64,000 nucleotides of DNA from Candidatus Algichlamydia australiensis (GTDB lineage: Bacteria > Chlamydiota > Chlamydiia > Chlamydiales > JAJFMI01), in NCBI GenBank assembly GCA_033977065.1, contig JAXCHI010000002.1:207233-271232 (forward strand). The letters run 5' to 3'. Shown here one piece after another: positions 46,767-59,414 of this stretch (positions are counted from its first letter, which is position 1; every line of letters begins with the position of its first letter). The position numbers and the translations under genes are program-made. A model generated the notes under the pieces. It was not told where the DNA came from. It worked only from the letters and a program-made list of their open reading frames with translations, and searched no databases.

Positions 46767-49700
46767 ATGCTAAAGCGCCCACCTGAACGGGTCAGTTTTC
46801 TAAAGAAAGAAGAGATTCTTGACCTTCCGAACTTAATCGAAGTACAGATTAAGTCTTACAAAGAATTTCTGCAAGCGGATAAACTCCCGCATGAAAGAGA
46901 TAATCTAGGACTTGAGGAAGTCTTCCGAGAAATCTTCCCAATTAAGTCTTATGATGAAAAAACTATTATAGAGTATCTCTCTTACTCTCTCGGTGTGCCA
47001 AAATATACTCCCGAAGAGTGTATCCGCCGAGGTATCACGTACAATGTTACGTTAAAGGTAAAATTTCGTCTAACAGATGAGACAGGCATTAAGGAAGAAG
47101 AGGTCTACATGGGCACTCTTCCTGTGATGACACACAAGGGAACCTTTATTATCAATGGTGCCGAGCGTGTAATCGTCTCTCAACTCCACCGCTCCCCAGG
47201 GATCTCTTTTGAAGGAGAGAAACACGCGAAGGGTAACATGCTCTACTCTTTCCGTGTGATTCCTTACCGCGGTAGCTGGCTTGAGGCAGCTTTTGACAGC
47301 AACGACATGATCTATGTCTACATAGATCGCAAAAAGCGTCGCCGAAAAGTATTGGCAACATCTTTTGTTCGTACTCTTGGTTTCTCAACTGATAGTGATA
47401 TCATTGAAGAGTTCTTTGATACACATAAAGTGAAAATTCGCTCAGAGAAGGATTTTACAAAGCTTGTTGGAAAAATTCTCGCTGAAGATGTCGTTGATGA
47501 GCAGAGTGGTGTCGTTTATGGCAAAGCTTCTGAAAAAATTACGACTGCCATGCTCAAGCGCATGCACGATGCCGGCATTGGGGCGATCCGTATTGCTGAA
47601 GATGCGGATGAGACAAGCCCAGTTATTAAGATGCTTGCGAAGGATCCAACGGATTCTTATGAGTCAGCTTTAAAGGATTTCTATCGCAAAGTTCGTCCGG
47701 GTGAACCCGCAACTCTTGCAAATGCGCGCTCCGCTATTATGCGTCTTTTCTTCGATCCTAAACGTTACAATTTGGGACGTGTTGGTCGCTACAAGCTCAA
47801 CCGTAAATTGGGCGTGGAGACAAATGCAGAGGATTTAGAAAAAGTAACCCTTCGTCGTGAAGATATTGTTCGCGCGTTCAAATATCTAATTGATTTACGC
47901 CAAGGACATGAAGATGCTCAAGTTGATGACATTGATCACTTGGCTAACCGTCGTGTGCGTTCTGTAGGCGAGCTTGTTCAGAATCAGTGCAGAATTGGTC
48001 TGTCACGCATGGAGAAAATTATCAAAGAGCGCATGAATCTCTTTGATTTCTCATCTGATACTCTCACACCTGGAAAGTTGATCTCAGCAAAAGGTCTGGC
48101 TGGTGTTCTAAAGGATTTCTTTGGTCGCTCGCAGCTTTCACAGTTTATGGATCAGACAAACCCGATCTCTGAACTTACACACAAAAGACGTCTCTCTTCT
48201 CTTGGACCTGGTGGTCTAAATAGAGAGCGTGCAGGTTTTGAAGTTCGCGACGTTCACTCAAGTCACTATGGTCGTGTCTGTCCAATTGAGACTCCTGAAG
48301 GACCAAACATCGGTTTGATTACTTCACTCTCATCTTTTGCAAAAATTAATGAGTTTGGTTTCATTGAAACCCCTTACAGAATTGTGAAAGATGGTGTTGT
48401 AACAGAAGAGATTGAGTACATGACAGCTGACCAAGAAGAGAAGTGTGTCATTGCGCAGGCCTCTTCTGTGCTGGATGAATTCAAAATGTTTGAAGAGAAA
48501 TTCGTTTGGGCACGCCACCGTGGAGATTCGGATAAAATTGAGTCTGCAAAAGTGACCCATATGGATGTCTCTCCGAAGCAGCTAGTCTCGATTGTTACTG
48601 GACTGATTCCCTTTTTGGAGCATGATGATGCGAACCGCGCTTTGATGGGTTCAAACATGCAACGCCAAGCCGTACCACTTCTCAAACCAGAAGCGCCATA
48701 TGTAGGAACAGGTCTTGAAAATCGCTGTGCACGCGACTCTGGTGCTGTGATTATCGCAGAAGAAGATGGAACAGTTGACTATGTTGACGGTTTTAAAATT
48801 GTGGTTTCACCAAAGGCGAATCCAACAGCAAAAAAGACCTATACACTGCAAAAATTCATGCGTTCCAACAATGGTACGTGCTTGAACCAAACTCCTCTCT
48901 GTCGAGTAGGAGATACTTTTTTAGCAGGTGACATCCTTGCTGATGGTTCTGCGATTGAAAATGGTGAGGTAGCTCTTGGAAAGAACGTTCTTGTTGCGTT
49001 TATGCCGTGGTGTGGATACAACTTTGAGGATGCGATCATTCTCTCTGAGAAGCTGATCCGCAATGATGAGTATACCTCCATCCACGTTGAAGAGTTTGAA
49101 TTGAATGCACGAGAGACTAAGCTCGGTCGTGAGGAGATCACTCGAGATATACCAAATGTTTCTGAAGAGGCTTTAATTGATCTTGGTGAGGATGGTGTCA
49201 TTCGCACAGGAGCTGAGGTAAAGCCAGGGGATATTCTCGTCGGTAAAATCACGCCAAAAATTGAGACAGAGTTCTCACCTGAAGAGAGACTTTTGCAAGC
49301 GATCTTTGGAGAGAAAGCAGCAAATGTTAAAGATGCTTCTTTAATCGCTCCTCCGGGTACAGAAGGTGTTGTGATGACAACGCGTTTCTTAAACCGAAAG
49401 GATCGTCTCTCAAAAACGGATGATGAGATTGTTGAAGAGCCTGTTCGTGCGAAAAAGATTCATAAAGAGTTCCAAGAGAAAGAAGAGGAGCTTGAAATGG
49501 AGTTCCACGAAAAGCTTGGCGCGCTCTTTATGAATGAGTCTGCACCTCTGCCAATCATGCACCGCAAGACGGGTAAAGTGATTTTGGATGAGGGAGCAGC
49601 ATTCACACAAGAAGTGATTGAGAAACTGGAGTCGGAAGACTTAGAAGATCTCATCATTCCTGAACATGAAATTTACGACTCCTATAAGTCCTTTGTTCGT

Positions 49701-50555
49701 GCGCACAAGCGTGCTCGTCAACAACTTGAGATGGACCACAAGACGGAAATTGAGTACTTGCGAAAAGGGGATACTGAGCTTGAAGCGGGCGTCATTCGCC
49801 AAGTAAAAGTTTATGTCGCTAAGCAATCTAAACTCCAAGTAGGGGATAAGATGGCGGGACGTCACGGAAACAAAGGTGTTGTTTCTATGATTGTTCCTGA
49901 GGCAGATATGCCTTATCTCCCGAATGGTGAGACGGTCGAGATGATTCTTAATCCTCTCGGGGTGCCTTCTCGTATGAACATTGGACAGCTTCTAGAGACG
50001 CACCTCGGATATGCCGCAAAAAAGAAAGGAATTTATGTAAAATCTCCTGTCTTTGAAGGATTCCCTGAGATCGAAATCTGGAATATGATGCGCGATGCAG
50101 GTCTTCCTGAAGATGGTAAGATGATGCTCTACGACGGCCGCACAGGTGAGCGCTTTGACGCATCTGTTGTTGTTGGAATGATCTATATGATCAAGCTGGG
50201 CCACCTTGTCAGCGACAAGATCCATGCTCGTGCTACAGGTCCTTATTCACTTGTTACGCAGCAGCCACTTGGTGGTAAAGCGCAGATGGGTGGACAGCGT
50301 TTCGGTGAGATGGAGGTGTGGGCACTTGAAGCTTATGGTGCAGCACACATCTTGCAAGAGCTATTAACCGTCAAATCTGACGATGTACCGGGAAGAACCT
50401 TGATTTACGAATCCATTGTTAAGGGTCACAATACCTTAAAAGCTGGAACCCCCGAATCCTTTAACGTACTCCTCAAAGAGATGCAAGGCCTCTGCCTAGA
50501 TGTGCGTCCCGAAAAAGTTGAGGAAGAAACCTTCATGGAGACAAGCCGTTCATGA
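46767..50555 (+). CDS. rpoB: DNA-directed RNA polymerase subunit beta
   Basis: ORF of about 1262 aa. The second ATG is preferred because ggagg lies 7 nt upstream and [10 protein letters not shown] parallels chlamydial RpoB N-termini. The ORF-track start is 46761. Confidence 0.97.
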   Translation: MLKRPPERVSFLKKEEILDLPNLIEVQIKSYKEFLQADKLPHERDNLGLEEVFREIFPIKSYDEKTIIEYLSYSLGVPKYTPEECIRRGITYNVTLKVKFRLTDETGIKEEEVYMGTLPVMTHKGTFIINGAERVIVSQLHRSPGISFEGEKHAKGNMLYSFRVIPYRGSWLEAAFDSNDMIYVYIDRKKRRRKVLATSFVRTLGFSTDSDIIEEFFDTHKVKIRSEKDFTKLVGKILAEDVVDEQSGVVYGKASEKITTAMLKRMHDAGIGAIRIAEDADETSPVIKMLAKDPTDSYESALKDFYRKVRPGEPATLANARSAIMRLFFDPKRYNLGRVGRYKLNRKLGVETNAEDLEKVTLRREDIVRAFKYLIDLRQGHEDAQVDDIDHLANRRVRSVGELVQNQCRIGLSRMEKIIKERMNLFDFSSDTLTPGKLISAKGLAGVLKDFFGRSQLSQFMDQTNPISELTHKRRLSSLGPGGLNRERAGFEVRDVHSSHYGRVCPIETPEGPNIGLITSLSSFAKINEFGFIETPYRIVKDGVVTEEIEYMTADQEEKCVIAQASSVLDEFKMFEEKFVWARHRGDSDKIESAKVTHMDVSPKQLVSIVTGLIPFLEHDDANRALMGSNMQRQAVPLLKPEAPYVGTGLENRCARDSGAVIIAEEDGTVDYVDGFKIVVSPKANPTAKKTYTLQKFMRSNNGTCLNQTPLCRVGDTFLAGDILADGSAIENGEVALGKNVLVAFMPWCGYNFEDAIILSEKLIRNDEYTSIHVEEFELNARETKLGREEITRDIPNVSEEALIDLGEDGVIRTGAEVKPGDILVGKITPKIETEFSPEERLLQAIFGEKAANVKDASLIAPPGTEGVVMTTRFLNRKDRLSKTDDEIVEEPVRAKKIHKEFQEKEEELEMEFHEKLGALFMNESAPLPIMHRKTGKVILDEGAAFTQEVIEKLESEDLEDLIIPEHEIYDSYKSFVRAHKRARQQLEMDHKTEIEYLRKGDTELEAGVIRQVKVYVAKQSKLQVGDKMAGRHGNKGVVSMIVPEADMPYLPNGETVEMILNPLGVPSRMNIGQLLETHLGYAAKKKGIYVKSPVFEGFPEIEIWNMMRDAGLPEDGKMMLYDGRTGERFDASVVVGMIYMIKLGHLVSDKIHARATGPYSLVTQQPLGGKAQMGGQRFGEMEVWALEAYGAAHILQELLTVKSDDVPGRTLIYESIVKGHNTLKAGTPESFNVLLKEMQGLCLDVRPEKVEEETFMETSRS

Positions 50556-53500
50556 CACAAGATAGTCAAAATGAAAACCACTTTGATCGCCTCTCAATCA
50601 AAATCGCCTCACGCGAGGTGATTGTAGATGAGTGGTCACGTGGTGAGATCAAAAAGCCTGAGACGATCAACTACCGCACATTCAAACCAGAGAAGGGAGG
50701 CCTCTTCTGTGAGAAGATTTTTGGCCCGACCCGTGACTGGGAGTGTGCCTGTGGAAAGTACAAAAAGATCAAGCACAAAGGGATTGTCTGTGATCGATGC
50801 GGTGTTGAAGTTACGCTATCAAAGGTGCGTCGTGAGCGCATGGCACACATCGATTTAGCTGTTCCAGTTGTTCATATCTGGTTTTTCAAAACACAGCCTT
50901 CTCGTATTGGAAATATTTTAGGAATGTCCAGCTCAGATCTCGAGCGCATTATCTATTATGAAGAGTATGTGGTTACAGATCCAGGTCGCACAACGCTTGA
51001 GCGCAAACAGCTCTTAAACGATGCTGAATACCGCGAAGCCCAAGAGAAATGGGGACGCGACTCTTTCTCCGTTATGATGGGGGGAGAAGCCGTTGCTGAA
51101 CTCTTGAGAAAAGAAGAACTTGGTGAGCTCGTTGTAGAGCTCAAAGAGAAGCTCCGCCGCACAAAGTCGATGCAAGCTCGCATGAAGCTTGCAAAGCGTT
51201 TGAAGATTGTAGAAACTTTCTCACAATCTCCAAACAATCCCGACTGGATGGTGATGTCGGCTCTGCCGGTAACACCTCCCGACTTGCGCCCGCTTGTCCC
51301 TCTTGATGGTGGCCGTTTTGCTACATCTGATCTCAACGATCTTTATCGCCGTGTGATCAACCGAAACAATCGTCTAAAAGCGATTTTAAAGTTGAAAACA
51401 CCTGATGTCATCATTCGCAATGAGAAGCGCATGCTACAAGAGGCTGTTGACGCTCTCTTTGATAATGGTCGCCATGGCCATCCTGTGATGGGTGCCGGTA
51501 ATAGACCTTTGAAATCGCTGTCTGAAATGTTGAAGGGAAAAGGTGGACGTTTCCGTCAAAACCTTCTTGGAAAGCGTGTTGACTACTCGGGTCGTTCCGT
51601 TATTATTGTCGGTCCTGAGCTCAAACTCAACCAGTGCGGTATCCCAAAACGCATGGCCCTAGAGCTCTTTGAGCCGTTCATTGTGAAGCGCCTCAAAGAC
51701 CAAGGTTTTGTTTATACCATTCGCTCCGCGAAAAAGATGATCCAGCGTGAAGCACCTGAAGTTTGGGATGTACTAGAAGATGTCATTAAAGGACACCCGG
51801 TACTCTTAAACCGTGCACCGACTCTTCACAGACTCGGAATTCAGGCCTTCGAGCCAGTCATTATTGAGGGGAAAGCGATTCGCGTGCACCCTCTTGTTTG
51901 TACGGGTTTTAACGCCGACTTTGATGGTGATACGATGTCTGTGCACGTGCCCCTTTCAGTAGAGGCGCAGTTAGAGGCAAAAATGTTGATGATGGCACCG
52001 GATAATATCTTCTTGCCATCTTCAGGAAAGCCTGTTGCCATTCCAACCAAGGATATGATTCTTGGTCTCTACTATTTGATGCACGATCCGATCTACATTC
52101 CAGAAGATCACAATGAGACGACAAAAGTATTTTCTTCTATGGAAGATGTTCTCTTTGTTCTCGATGCGGGCTTAAGCTACAACCGCTCTCGCGCTGAAGC
52201 AAAAGAGATGCGTCAGGACGATACGGGAAATGGTCTTCATATCCACGAGCAGATCAAAGTTCGTGTCGATGGTAGTATTATTGTTACAACTCCCGGTCGT
52301 GTTATCTTTAACTCTATCGTTCCAAAAGAGCTTGGCTTCCAAAACTACGCTCTTCGTAAGAATGAGATGAGTAACCTAATCTTAAACACCTACAAAAAAG
52401 TTGGTCTTGAGAGAACGGTTCAATTCTTAGATGACATCAAGAGACTAGGGTTTACTTCTGCAACAAAGGCAGCAACCTCAATGGGGGTTCAAGACGTTTA
52501 CAAACCAGAAGTAAAAGAGAAAGCTCTTGCTGATGCGTATAAGCAGGTGGAAAAAGTCCGCAAGCAGTACGAAGAAGGGGTGATTACTGACGGGGAACGT
52601 CACTCAAAAATTATTAGTATCTGGACGGAAGTAGCCGACGATGTCTCTGATACCCTCTACGATCTGATCTCTCAGGTTCGAGGTACAGAGATTAACTCGC
52701 TCTTTATGATGCTTGACTCTGGTGCTCGTGGTAACAAGACTCAGGTAAAGCAGCTCGGTGCGATGCGTGGCTTGATGGCGAAACCGTCGGGTGAGATTTT
52801 GGAATCTCCAATTACAGCCTCATTCCGTGAAGGTTTGAGCGTCTTGGAGTACTTTATCTCCTCTCACGGTGCGCGTAAAGGTCTCTCTGATACAGCCTTG
52901 AAAACTGCTGACTCAGGTTACTTAACTCGTCGTCTTGTTGACGTCGCAATTGATGTCCTGATTACCGAAGATGACTGCGGTACTCTGGGTGGAATTGAAG
53001 TATCTGCTATTTCTCAAGGACAGGAGGAATTGCTACCTCTTAAGGATCGTCTTCTTGGACGCACAATCTGTGAGGATATCTACCAACCTGGTGATCGCAC
53101 CCAGTTGCTTGGAAAAGCAGGAGAGATTCTAACTGCTGAAAAAGCGGCAAAAATCGATGACGCAGGGATTGAATCTGTGAAGGTTCGTTCACCTCTTACA
53201 TGTGAGAGCAAGCGCGGTATTTGTGCGAAGTGTTACGGAATTAACCTTGCAAATGGCCGTACTGCTGCCAACGGGGAAGCTGTTGGAATTATTGCTGCAC
53301 AGTCCATTGGAGAACCAGGTACACAGCTTACGATGAGAACGTTCCACTTAGGTGGTATTGCTTCAGCTTCTGCTACACCAGAAATTGAAGCGGAGAATGA
53401 TGCGATTCTTGTCTATTCCGACTTGCGTACTGTACAGAACGAAGATGGCATTTGGCTCGCCTTGAACAAAAACGGAAGCCTGCATCTTGTCAAAGATGAG

Positions 53501-54709
53501 GGGCGTTCACTTGAAGAGTATAAAAAACTTCTTAGCACCAAATCCATCGAGGCTCTGCAATCCTTCCCAATTCAGTTGGGAACGCAGATTCTCCTTGCTG
53601 ACGGCGCCAAAGTGAAGAAGGGTGAACGCGTTGCCGTTTGGGAGCAGCACAACGTGCCGATTATCTGTGAGAAGCCTGGATTTGTAAAGTATGAGGATCT
53701 TGTTGAAGGGATCTCTACACAACGCGATGTCAATAAGCAGACGGGCCAAAGTGAAATCGTTGTTAAACAGCATCGTGGAGAGTTACACCCGCAGATCATG
53801 ATCTACGAAGATAGCGAGTGCAAAGAGCTGATCGGAACGTATGCGATTCCATCAGGCGCTTTCCTCTCTGTTGTCGAAGGACAGCACGTTACAGCAGGAA
53901 GTATCCTAGCGCGTATGCCGCGCGGGGCGATTCGCACCAAGGATATCACCGGGGGTCTACCTCGTGTGGCAGAGCTTGTTGAAGCGCGTCGTCCACGTGA
54001 TGCTGCTGAAATTGCTAAGATCGATGGAATTGTCGACATCAAAGGTGTGCAGAAAAATAAACGCATTGTTACAGTTCGCGATCCTGAGTCAGGAATGGAA
54101 GAGGAGCACCTCATCCCACTTTCTAAACACTTGATCATTCAGAAAGGTGACTCTGTCATCAAAGGACAGGAGCTGACGGATGGTCTTGTTGATCCACATG
54201 AAATTCTAGATATTTGCGGTGTACGTGAGTTGCAGAAATATCTTGTGAATCAGATTCAGGAAGTCTATCGCCTTCAAGGTGTGGATATCAACGATAAACA
54301 CATCGAGATGATCATCCGACAAATGCTACAGAAAGTGCGTGTAACTGATCCTGGTGACACAACCTTCCTCTATGGTGAAGATGTAGATAAGAAGCAGTTC
54401 CACATTCAAAACCAGAAAGTCTTGGATGAGGGGGGCAAACCTGCACAAGCTGCACCTGTTCTTCTGGGGATTACAAAAGCCTCTCTTGGAACAGAGAGCT
54501 TTGTCTCAGCTGCTTCCTTCATGGAGACCACACGTGTTCTTACCGATGGTGCTGCCGAAGGAAAAGTGGACAACCTCTTCGATCCAAAGGCATCGATCAT
54601 CACAGGGCATATGGTCCCATGTGGTACAGGATACTTCGGTTATCGCAATCGCTCAAGAGCGATTCTCGATTCTGAGGATGAAGAAGAGCTTGAGTTTGCG
54701 TTTAACTAG
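50552..54709 (+). CDS. rpoC: DNA-directed RNA polymerase subunit beta'
   Basis: 1385-aa ORF with a Zn-binding CxCGKY...CDRCGVEV and catalytic NADFDGD. ATGA overlap with rpoB. Confidence 0.97.
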   Translation: MTQDSQNENHFDRLSIKIASREVIVDEWSRGEIKKPETINYRTFKPEKGGLFCEKIFGPTRDWECACGKYKKIKHKGIVCDRCGVEVTLSKVRRERMAHIDLAVPVVHIWFFKTQPSRIGNILGMSSSDLERIIYYEEYVVTDPGRTTLERKQLLNDAEYREAQEKWGRDSFSVMMGGEAVAELLRKEELGELVVELKEKLRRTKSMQARMKLAKRLKIVETFSQSPNNPDWMVMSALPVTPPDLRPLVPLDGGRFATSDLNDLYRRVINRNNRLKAILKLKTPDVIIRNEKRMLQEAVDALFDNGRHGHPVMGAGNRPLKSLSEMLKGKGGRFRQNLLGKRVDYSGRSVIIVGPELKLNQCGIPKRMALELFEPFIVKRLKDQGFVYTIRSAKKMIQREAPEVWDVLEDVIKGHPVLLNRAPTLHRLGIQAFEPVIIEGKAIRVHPLVCTGFNADFDGDTMSVHVPLSVEAQLEAKMLMMAPDNIFLPSSGKPVAIPTKDMILGLYYLMHDPIYIPEDHNETTKVFSSMEDVLFVLDAGLSYNRSRAEAKEMRQDDTGNGLHIHEQIKVRVDGSIIVTTPGRVIFNSIVPKELGFQNYALRKNEMSNLILNTYKKVGLERTVQFLDDIKRLGFTSATKAATSMGVQDVYKPEVKEKALADAYKQVEKVRKQYEEGVITDGERHSKIISIWTEVADDVSDTLYDLISQVRGTEINSLFMMLDSGARGNKTQVKQLGAMRGLMAKPSGEILESPITASFREGLSVLEYFISSHGARKGLSDTALKTADSGYLTRRLVDVAIDVLITEDDCGTLGGIEVSAISQGQEELLPLKDRLLGRTICEDIYQPGDRTQLLGKAGEILTAEKAAKIDDAGIESVKVRSPLTCESKRGICAKCYGINLANGRTAANGEAVGIIAAQSIGEPGTQLTMRTFHLGGIASASATPEIEAENDAILVYSDLRTVQNEDGIWLALNKNGSLHLVKDEGRSLEEYKKLLSTKSIEALQSFPIQLGTQILLADGAKVKKGERVAVWEQHNVPIICEKPGFVKYEDLVEGISTQRDVNKQTGQSEIVVKQHRGELHPQIMIYEDSECKELIGTYAIPSGAFLSVVEGQHVTAGSILARMPRGAIRTKDITGGLPRVAELVEARRPRDAAEIAKIDGIVDIKGVQKNKRIVTVRDPESGMEEEHLIPLSKHLIIQKGDSVIKGQELTDGLVDPHEILDICGVRELQKYLVNQIQEVYRLQGVDINDKHIEMIIRQMLQKVRVTDPGDTTFLYGEDVDKKQFHIQNQKVLDEGGKPAQAAPVLLGITKASLGTESFVSAASFMETTRVLTDGAAEGKVDNLFDPKASIITGHMVPCGTGYFGYRNRSRAILDSEDEEELEFAFN

Positions 54710-54757
54710 TACTATGTAACAAAAATAATGCTAAAATTTTCTGTTACAGAGCACTAG
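54706..54757. repeat. 52-bp mini-hairpin made of two element-X termini, overlapping the rpoC stop codon
   Basis: ctagtactatgtaacaaaaat (54706-54726) and aaattttctgttacagagcactag (54734-54757) are inverted X-type termini. The rpoC TAG (54707-54709) lies inside the first one. Confidence 0.6.
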
Positions 54758-55240
54758 TACTCTGTAACAGAAAATCTTAGTGTTTAATTTAAAAAAACAG
54801 CCAATAGAGACAGTCGGGCAAATCCCCGCTGCCCTTTGAGCTTCACCTTGGCATGCCAAATTGCGTTTCGTCGGAAAACCGTGCAAAGCACTACTTCTTC
54901 CTCCTGCACCGCAATTTTTCAAAGCCAATCTGAAGCCATCGAGCGCATCGCGCGTTCATTCCCCACCCTCCACTTTGTTTCGGGAGGGGCCCCTTTCACG
55001 TCGCTTGCGCGGCTGTTTTTTTTGTTTTGCAGAAAACTTTGCAAGGTCTAGACAGCTTTTTCAATCACATACAATCGCTTTACTTTTCACGTTTGGGATC
55101 CATTTTTACGTCAAAGCCTCGGGATTGAACTATCGAAAATCACCTCGTATTTGATTAATACTAGGTGACTTGCGATAGCCCAATCGCGAGAGCTTTCACG
55201 TTAAAAAGAATAGCAAAATTTTCTGTTACAGAGTACTAGT
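54753..55240 (+). repeat. TIR-bounded non-coding repeat (element X), long copy
   Basis: actagtactctgtaacagaaaat ... attttctgttacagagtactagt. It matches the reverse complement of 22552-22858 but carries two extra internal segments (about 115 bp at about 54838-54952 and about 70 bp at about 55118-55185). Confidence 0.7.
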
Positions 55241-55262
55241 GCAAGAAGTCTATTCTTTTTAA

Positions 55263-55304
55263 AAAGTAAAGGCCCTACATCTGTAGGGTCTTTACTTTTT
55301 ATTT
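55263..55304 (+). terminator. intrinsic terminator downstream of rpoC and element X
   Basis: aaagtaaaggccctaca / tgtagggtctttacttt form a 17-bp stem with one G-U, followed by ttttattt. Confidence 0.6.
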
Positions 55305-55346
55305 ACCTTTGATTAAGATCCTCTGCTAGAAAAGAGGAAGTCTTAT

Positions 55347-56420
55347 ATGGCGTTAGATTCTGTAAGTCGTAATACACTTGATGAGAGCTTAGTTCCTGTA
55401 CATCTCAAAAAGCTAGAGGAACATAGAAAAGCTACTTGTTTAGACTTTGTGAAAGTAGCAAACACACATGCGTTTGTAAACCCAGATGATAATTCAAAAA
55501 AGGTCGTTCAAGAAATTCTAACGACTGTAAGTAATGGCTTTAAAAATTGGATGGATGGACTTGAAGATTCTCAAGATATTTATCATCACGCTATTCCAAA
55601 TATTCTTATATTAAGCGAACTTTTCACAAATATATTTTATGGCGCTCAAGGAAGTAATCAGGTTAAATATTTTCATGAACTTGCTGAGAAAAATTCTCAG
55701 TTACTTAAAAAAATACAAGGGCTTGCAGAAAGAGTTCAAAGTCAGTTTCCAGAAAACTACTTTCCAAAAGAGTATGGAGAGTACTTTCTCTATAGAAAAG
55801 ATGAAGAATCAGCAATTAGAAAAATTTGGAAAGATCAACAAATAGGAACAGCTTTTGATCATTTCGGAAGATTTGTTTTAGAGTTAGAAGATGGTGCTCT
55901 TGATGCTGCCTTTGCTGAGGTAGCTTTGAAGATCAAATTAGTTGCTTATACAATCTACACTCTCTACTTAAAGCTAGTTGAAATTTGGACGAAAAATCAC
56001 TGGAACTTACAAGCAGAAAAAAGCCAAAATAAGAATATCAAGAAGTACGCCAAGTGGTACAACATTACAACGGGAGAAGAGTTTTTTAAATGGGTACAAG
56101 AGGTAGCAGACTCTAATAAGGAAGTTAATTTAAAGAATCACACCCATCTCTACACGATTCTCTATCCCTCAAATGATCATTTTGATCCAAAGGCCTTTGG
56201 AGAAGAAGAGAGTGTTGATTTGGAAACACTCTTCTTAAGACGGAAAAAAATCATTCAAAACTCTCAGCTGAAGCCGCTGAATGAAGCGATGCAGGAGCTA
56301 AGAAAATTCTATTTAGACCGAGAAGCATGGAGCTTATCAAGCAAACCAGATTTTGCTGGCTTGCAAGAAGTCGTAAAAAGAGTTCACAAAGCTATGTTAG
56401 CTTTTGACTTAGAATGCTAA
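55347..56420 (+). CDS. hypothetical protein (no recognisable motif)
   Basis: 357-aa ORF with the SD aagaggaag upstream. No signal peptide or TM segments. AT-rich by eye. Confidence 0.55.
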   Translation: MALDSVSRNTLDESLVPVHLKKLEEHRKATCLDFVKVANTHAFVNPDDNSKKVVQEILTTVSNGFKNWMDGLEDSQDIYHHAIPNILILSELFTNIFYGAQGSNQVKYFHELAEKNSQLLKKIQGLAERVQSQFPENYFPKEYGEYFLYRKDEESAIRKIWKDQQIGTAFDHFGRFVLELEDGALDAAFAEVALKIKLVAYTIYTLYLKLVEIWTKNHWNLQAEKSQNKNIKKYAKWYNITTGEEFFKWVQEVADSNKEVNLKNHTHLYTILYPSNDHFDPKAFGEEESVDLETLFLRRKKIIQNSQLKPLNEAMQELRKFYLDREAWSLSSKPDFAGLQEVVKRVHKAMLAFDLEC

Positions 56421-57359
56421 CGCCTTCTCTAACTTGACCGTATCAGCGGCAAACTTTCGGATGCCCTCTGCAAGTTTTTCTGTTGCCATCGCATCTTCGT
56501 TAAGGTGCCAGCGGAAGGCTTTCTCATCGATTGCGAGCTTTTCAATTGAAGAGGACTTTGCCGCTTCCGCGCTTAACTTTTGCGGCACATCTCCCTCCAT
56601 ATTTTGGAGCTCACCTAAAAGTTTTGGGGAGATTGTAATCAGATCACAGCCTGCAAGCTCTAAAATCTCATCTGTATTGCGAAACGAGGCGCCCATAATC
56701 TGCGTATTATGGCCAAATTTTTTGTAGTAGTTAAAGATCTGTTTTACTGAGATGACACCAGGGTCTTCAGGTCCAGGGTAGCTCTCTTTTCCTTCAGCCT
56801 TTTTATACCAGTCGAGAATGCGGCCAACAAAAGGAGAGATGAGAGTCGCATTGACTTCAGCACACGCGACAGCCTGAGCTAGAGAGAACATGAGAGTCAT
56901 GTTGCAGTGGATGCCCTCTTGCTCTAGCTGCTTGGCCGCTTGCACACCTTCCCAGGTAGAGGCGAGCTTAATCAAAACGCGCTTGCGATCAATACCAGCC
57001 TCTTCATACAAAGAGATATATTGATGCGCTTTGCGCAAAGAGCCTTCCACATCAAAGGAGAGTCTCGCATCAACCTCTGTGGAGACGCGGCCTGGAACGT
57101 GTTTTAAAATCTCAGCACCAAAGTTTACGAATACTTTGGTGATCGTATTTTCCATCTGCTCTTCGCTTGATCCGCCCATCTTTTTTCCATAAGCGAGCGC
57201 CTCGTCAATGAGCGTGCGATATTCAGGTTTTTCAGAGGCAGCAAGGATCAGAGAGGGGTTAGTTGTGGCGTCAGTGGGATGATATTTTTTAATTTCATCA
57301 ATCTCTCCCGTATCGGCAACAAGTATAGAATGTTTTTTTAGTTCATCAAATTTGCTCAT
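56409..57359 (-). CDS. tal: transaldolase
   Basis: Start moved to the internal ATG ([37 protein letters not shown]). Active-site region [10 protein letters not shown]. 316 aa. Confidence 0.9.
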   Translation of the reverse strand: MSKFDELKKHSILVADTGEIDEIKKYHPTDATTNPSLILAASEKPEYRTLIDEALAYGKKMGGSSEEQMENTITKVFVNFGAEILKHVPGRVSTEVDARLSFDVEGSLRKAHQYISLYEEAGIDRKRVLIKLASTWEGVQAAKQLEQEGIHCNMTLMFSLAQAVACAEVNATLISPFVGRILDWYKKAEGKESYPGPEDPGVISVKQIFNYYKKFGHNTQIMGASFRNTDEILELAGCDLITISPKLLGELQNMEGDVPQKLSAEAAKSSSIEKLAIDEKAFRWHLNEDAMATEKLAEGIRKFAADTVKLEKALAF

Positions 57360-57548
57360 AACAACCTTTTTCTTTTCATAATAAAAGTTCTGGGGACTTA
57401 AGTCGAGGATTACCTCGGGGAAAGATAGATTTTTTTTGAAAAAAAAGAGAAGTCTTTTAGTGGCTTCAAGAGAAAAAAAGCGAGCCATCGCCCGCTCACT
57501 CTCAAACGTCCTCTCCTTTAGGAAAGCGCTGAATAATTGCTTTTTTAG

Positions 57549-57812
57549 TTAAACCGACTTGCCATTGTTAGATGAGGCGACAGCAATACCTGCGGTAATT
57601 GTTGCCATGGTAAATAAAACCATACCAGCTGTTTTCCATGCGCGACTATTACTCTTTTGCTCTTGCCTTGGGGGCTCATACTCTACAGGTTCTGCAGGTA
57701 AAATCGCACTTTCCTCATCTGGAGGAGGAGCGAGTTCAATGGCCTCATCTGCATGAAGAGAAAAGTTCCCTATAGCAAAACTCAGAAAAGCGCTAATGAT
57801 TCTTTTTTTCAT
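57549..57812 (-). CDS. small exported/tail-anchored protein
   Basis: MKKRIISAFLSFAIGNFSLHA signal, an acidic Pro-rich linker, a C-terminal TM (AGMVLFTMATITAGIAVA) and an SSNNGKSV tail. Confidence 0.4.
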   Translation of the reverse strand: MKKRIISAFLSFAIGNFSLHADEAIELAPPPDEESAILPAEPVEYEPPRQEQKSNSRAWKTAGMVLFTMATITAGIAVASSNNGKSV

Positions 57813-58512
57813 TAAAAATCTCCTGTGCAATTTGTTTGATGAACAGAGCATGCCAGTAAGATCCTTTTTCAGGCAATTCCTTTTCACAAAATTTTTGTAA
57901 GTTTTTCAAACGAGGGACAATAATGGGGAGTGAGACGATAGTAGGAAGGCGAATCTTCTTTTTCTCCTTTGCGATTTCCATCTTAAGATTATAGCTTTTG
58001 CGCCCCGCTGATTTAAGAAAGTCTTCCACAAGTTCTAAGCTGCGAAAGCTCTTTGTCACTTCTGAACGAACATTTTGAAAATCACTTTTTTTAGCAGAAG
58101 CAGTCAAGATGTATGCATGGCCATTTGCAATCTGCAGCAGCTGCATGAGTTCCACTTTACCCCACTCAAGTGTGCGCTCTATTTTTAACAAAACACCCTC
58201 ACCAGAAAGCGTTTTTAGCTGCCCCATCCTTTCACATCTATTGCGCTTATCCATTTTGTGACACTTGATCGCATTTTTGGTGTACTCTTCTAGTCTTAAA
58301 GAGGTTGGTTCAATCGCAAGATTAATAGAGGGGTTAAAGCCCTGTGTCTTTTTCGAGATAAAAGAAATTTTTGCCTGATTAAAAGCTGTTGGATCTTGTG
58401 CGCGCCATCCCTTAGGGGGCACAAATGTAGCCGTAGGAGAAGCGGAAAGGAGAGTGCAGAGCAGACTAAGATTGAGACTGTGCTTGAGAATTGTCATTTG
58501 AGCCCAAAACAA
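57793..58512 (-). CDS. hypothetical exported protein
   Basis: 239-aa ORF with a signal-like LNLSLLCTLLSASPTA. The real start may be MTILK at 58497. Confidence 0.5.
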   Translation of the reverse strand: MFWAQMTILKHSLNLSLLCTLLSASPTATFVPPKGWRAQDPTAFNQAKISFISKKTQGFNPSINLAIEPTSLRLEEYTKNAIKCHKMDKRNRCERMGQLKTLSGEGVLLKIERTLEWGKVELMQLLQIANGHAYILTASAKKSDFQNVRSEVTKSFRSLELVEDFLKSAGRKSYNLKMEIAKEKKKIRLPTIVSLPIIVPRLKNLQKFCEKELPEKGSYWHALFIKQIAQEIFNEKKNH

Positions 58513-58705
58513 TAGCTAAAATTGTAATTCCAATTGCAAGAGCAATTCCCCATCCAATCATGGAGGAGCTAATCGCTTCATCTGCCGCCTTTGAGGGGGC
58601 AGATCCATCATACGTTAGAGTAGTGGAGGCGTCGTTTTGCGCCTGCATTGCTGCTGGTACAACACTCAGAGCAACGGTTAGGGTGATGACAAGTAAACTT
58701 TTCAT
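58466..58705 (-). CDS. small exported/tail-anchored protein
   Basis: MKSLLVITLTVALSVVPAAMQA signal, a C-terminal TM (IGWGIALAIGITILAIVLG) and an SNDNSQ tail. Same architecture as 57549-57812. Confidence 0.4.
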   Translation of the reverse strand: MKSLLVITLTVALSVVPAAMQAQNDASTTLTYDGSAPSKAADEAISSSMIGWGIALAIGITILAIVLGSNDNSQAQSQS

Positions 58706-58790
58706 TCGCTTCTCATCATGCCAAACTTAAAAGTTGTTTGTCTAGCTTTTTAACGTTCAATTTGTTATATTCATCCTCTAGGAGTGCAAT

Positions 58791-59414
58791 ATGAGTGATC
58801 TGGAAAGTGGAAAAGAACGAGTGCAAAAACTCTGTGATTTAATCAAGAAAGAGACATTAGACCCAGCCAAGCAAGAGGCAGAAAAGATCTTAAGCGATGC
58901 GCAAGAAAAACGCGAAGGAATTTTACAAGCTGCACGAATGGAAGCAGAAAATATTCTTGGGGAGGCTAAGAAGAAAATTGAAGAGGAAAAGAGAATTTTT
59001 GACTCTTCGCTTAACCTAGCGGGAAAACAGGCCCTAAACGCACTGAAGCAAGAGATTGAGGGAAAGCTTTTTGATCAAGAAATTGTGCGCCAGGTAAAAA
59101 GCGTTAGCGGAGAAGAAAAGGCGATTGCAAAAGTAATCGATGCGATTGTTCTTGCTATTGAAAAAGAGGGAATTAATTCAGACCTTGAAGCATCTATTCC
59201 AAGTGCAGTGAGCAAAGATGAGGTTGTAAAAGCTCTTTCGGATCAAGCGGTTGAAAAATTAAAAAAGGAGAGCATTCAGTTGGCCGATTTCACGGGAGGA
59301 GCCAAGGTAAAGATTGCACAAGAGCACTTGACGCTTGACATAAGTGATGAGGCTTTAGCGCGACTTGTTTCAAACTTTATTCGTGAAGATTTAAAAGCCA
59401 AACTTTTTGCATGA
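58791..59414 (+). CDS. atpE: V-type ATP synthase subunit E
   Basis: 207-aa charged coiled-coil protein at the head of the V-ATPase operon. Confidence 0.75.
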   Translation: MSDLESGKERVQKLCDLIKKETLDPAKQEAEKILSDAQEKREGILQAARMEAENILGEAKKKIEEEKRIFDSSLNLAGKQALNALKQEIEGKLFDQEIVRQVKSVSGEEKAIAKVIDAIVLAIEKEGINSDLEASIPSAVSKDEVVKALSDQAVEKLKKESIQLADFTGGAKVKIAQEHLTLDISDEALARLVSNFIREDLKAKLFA

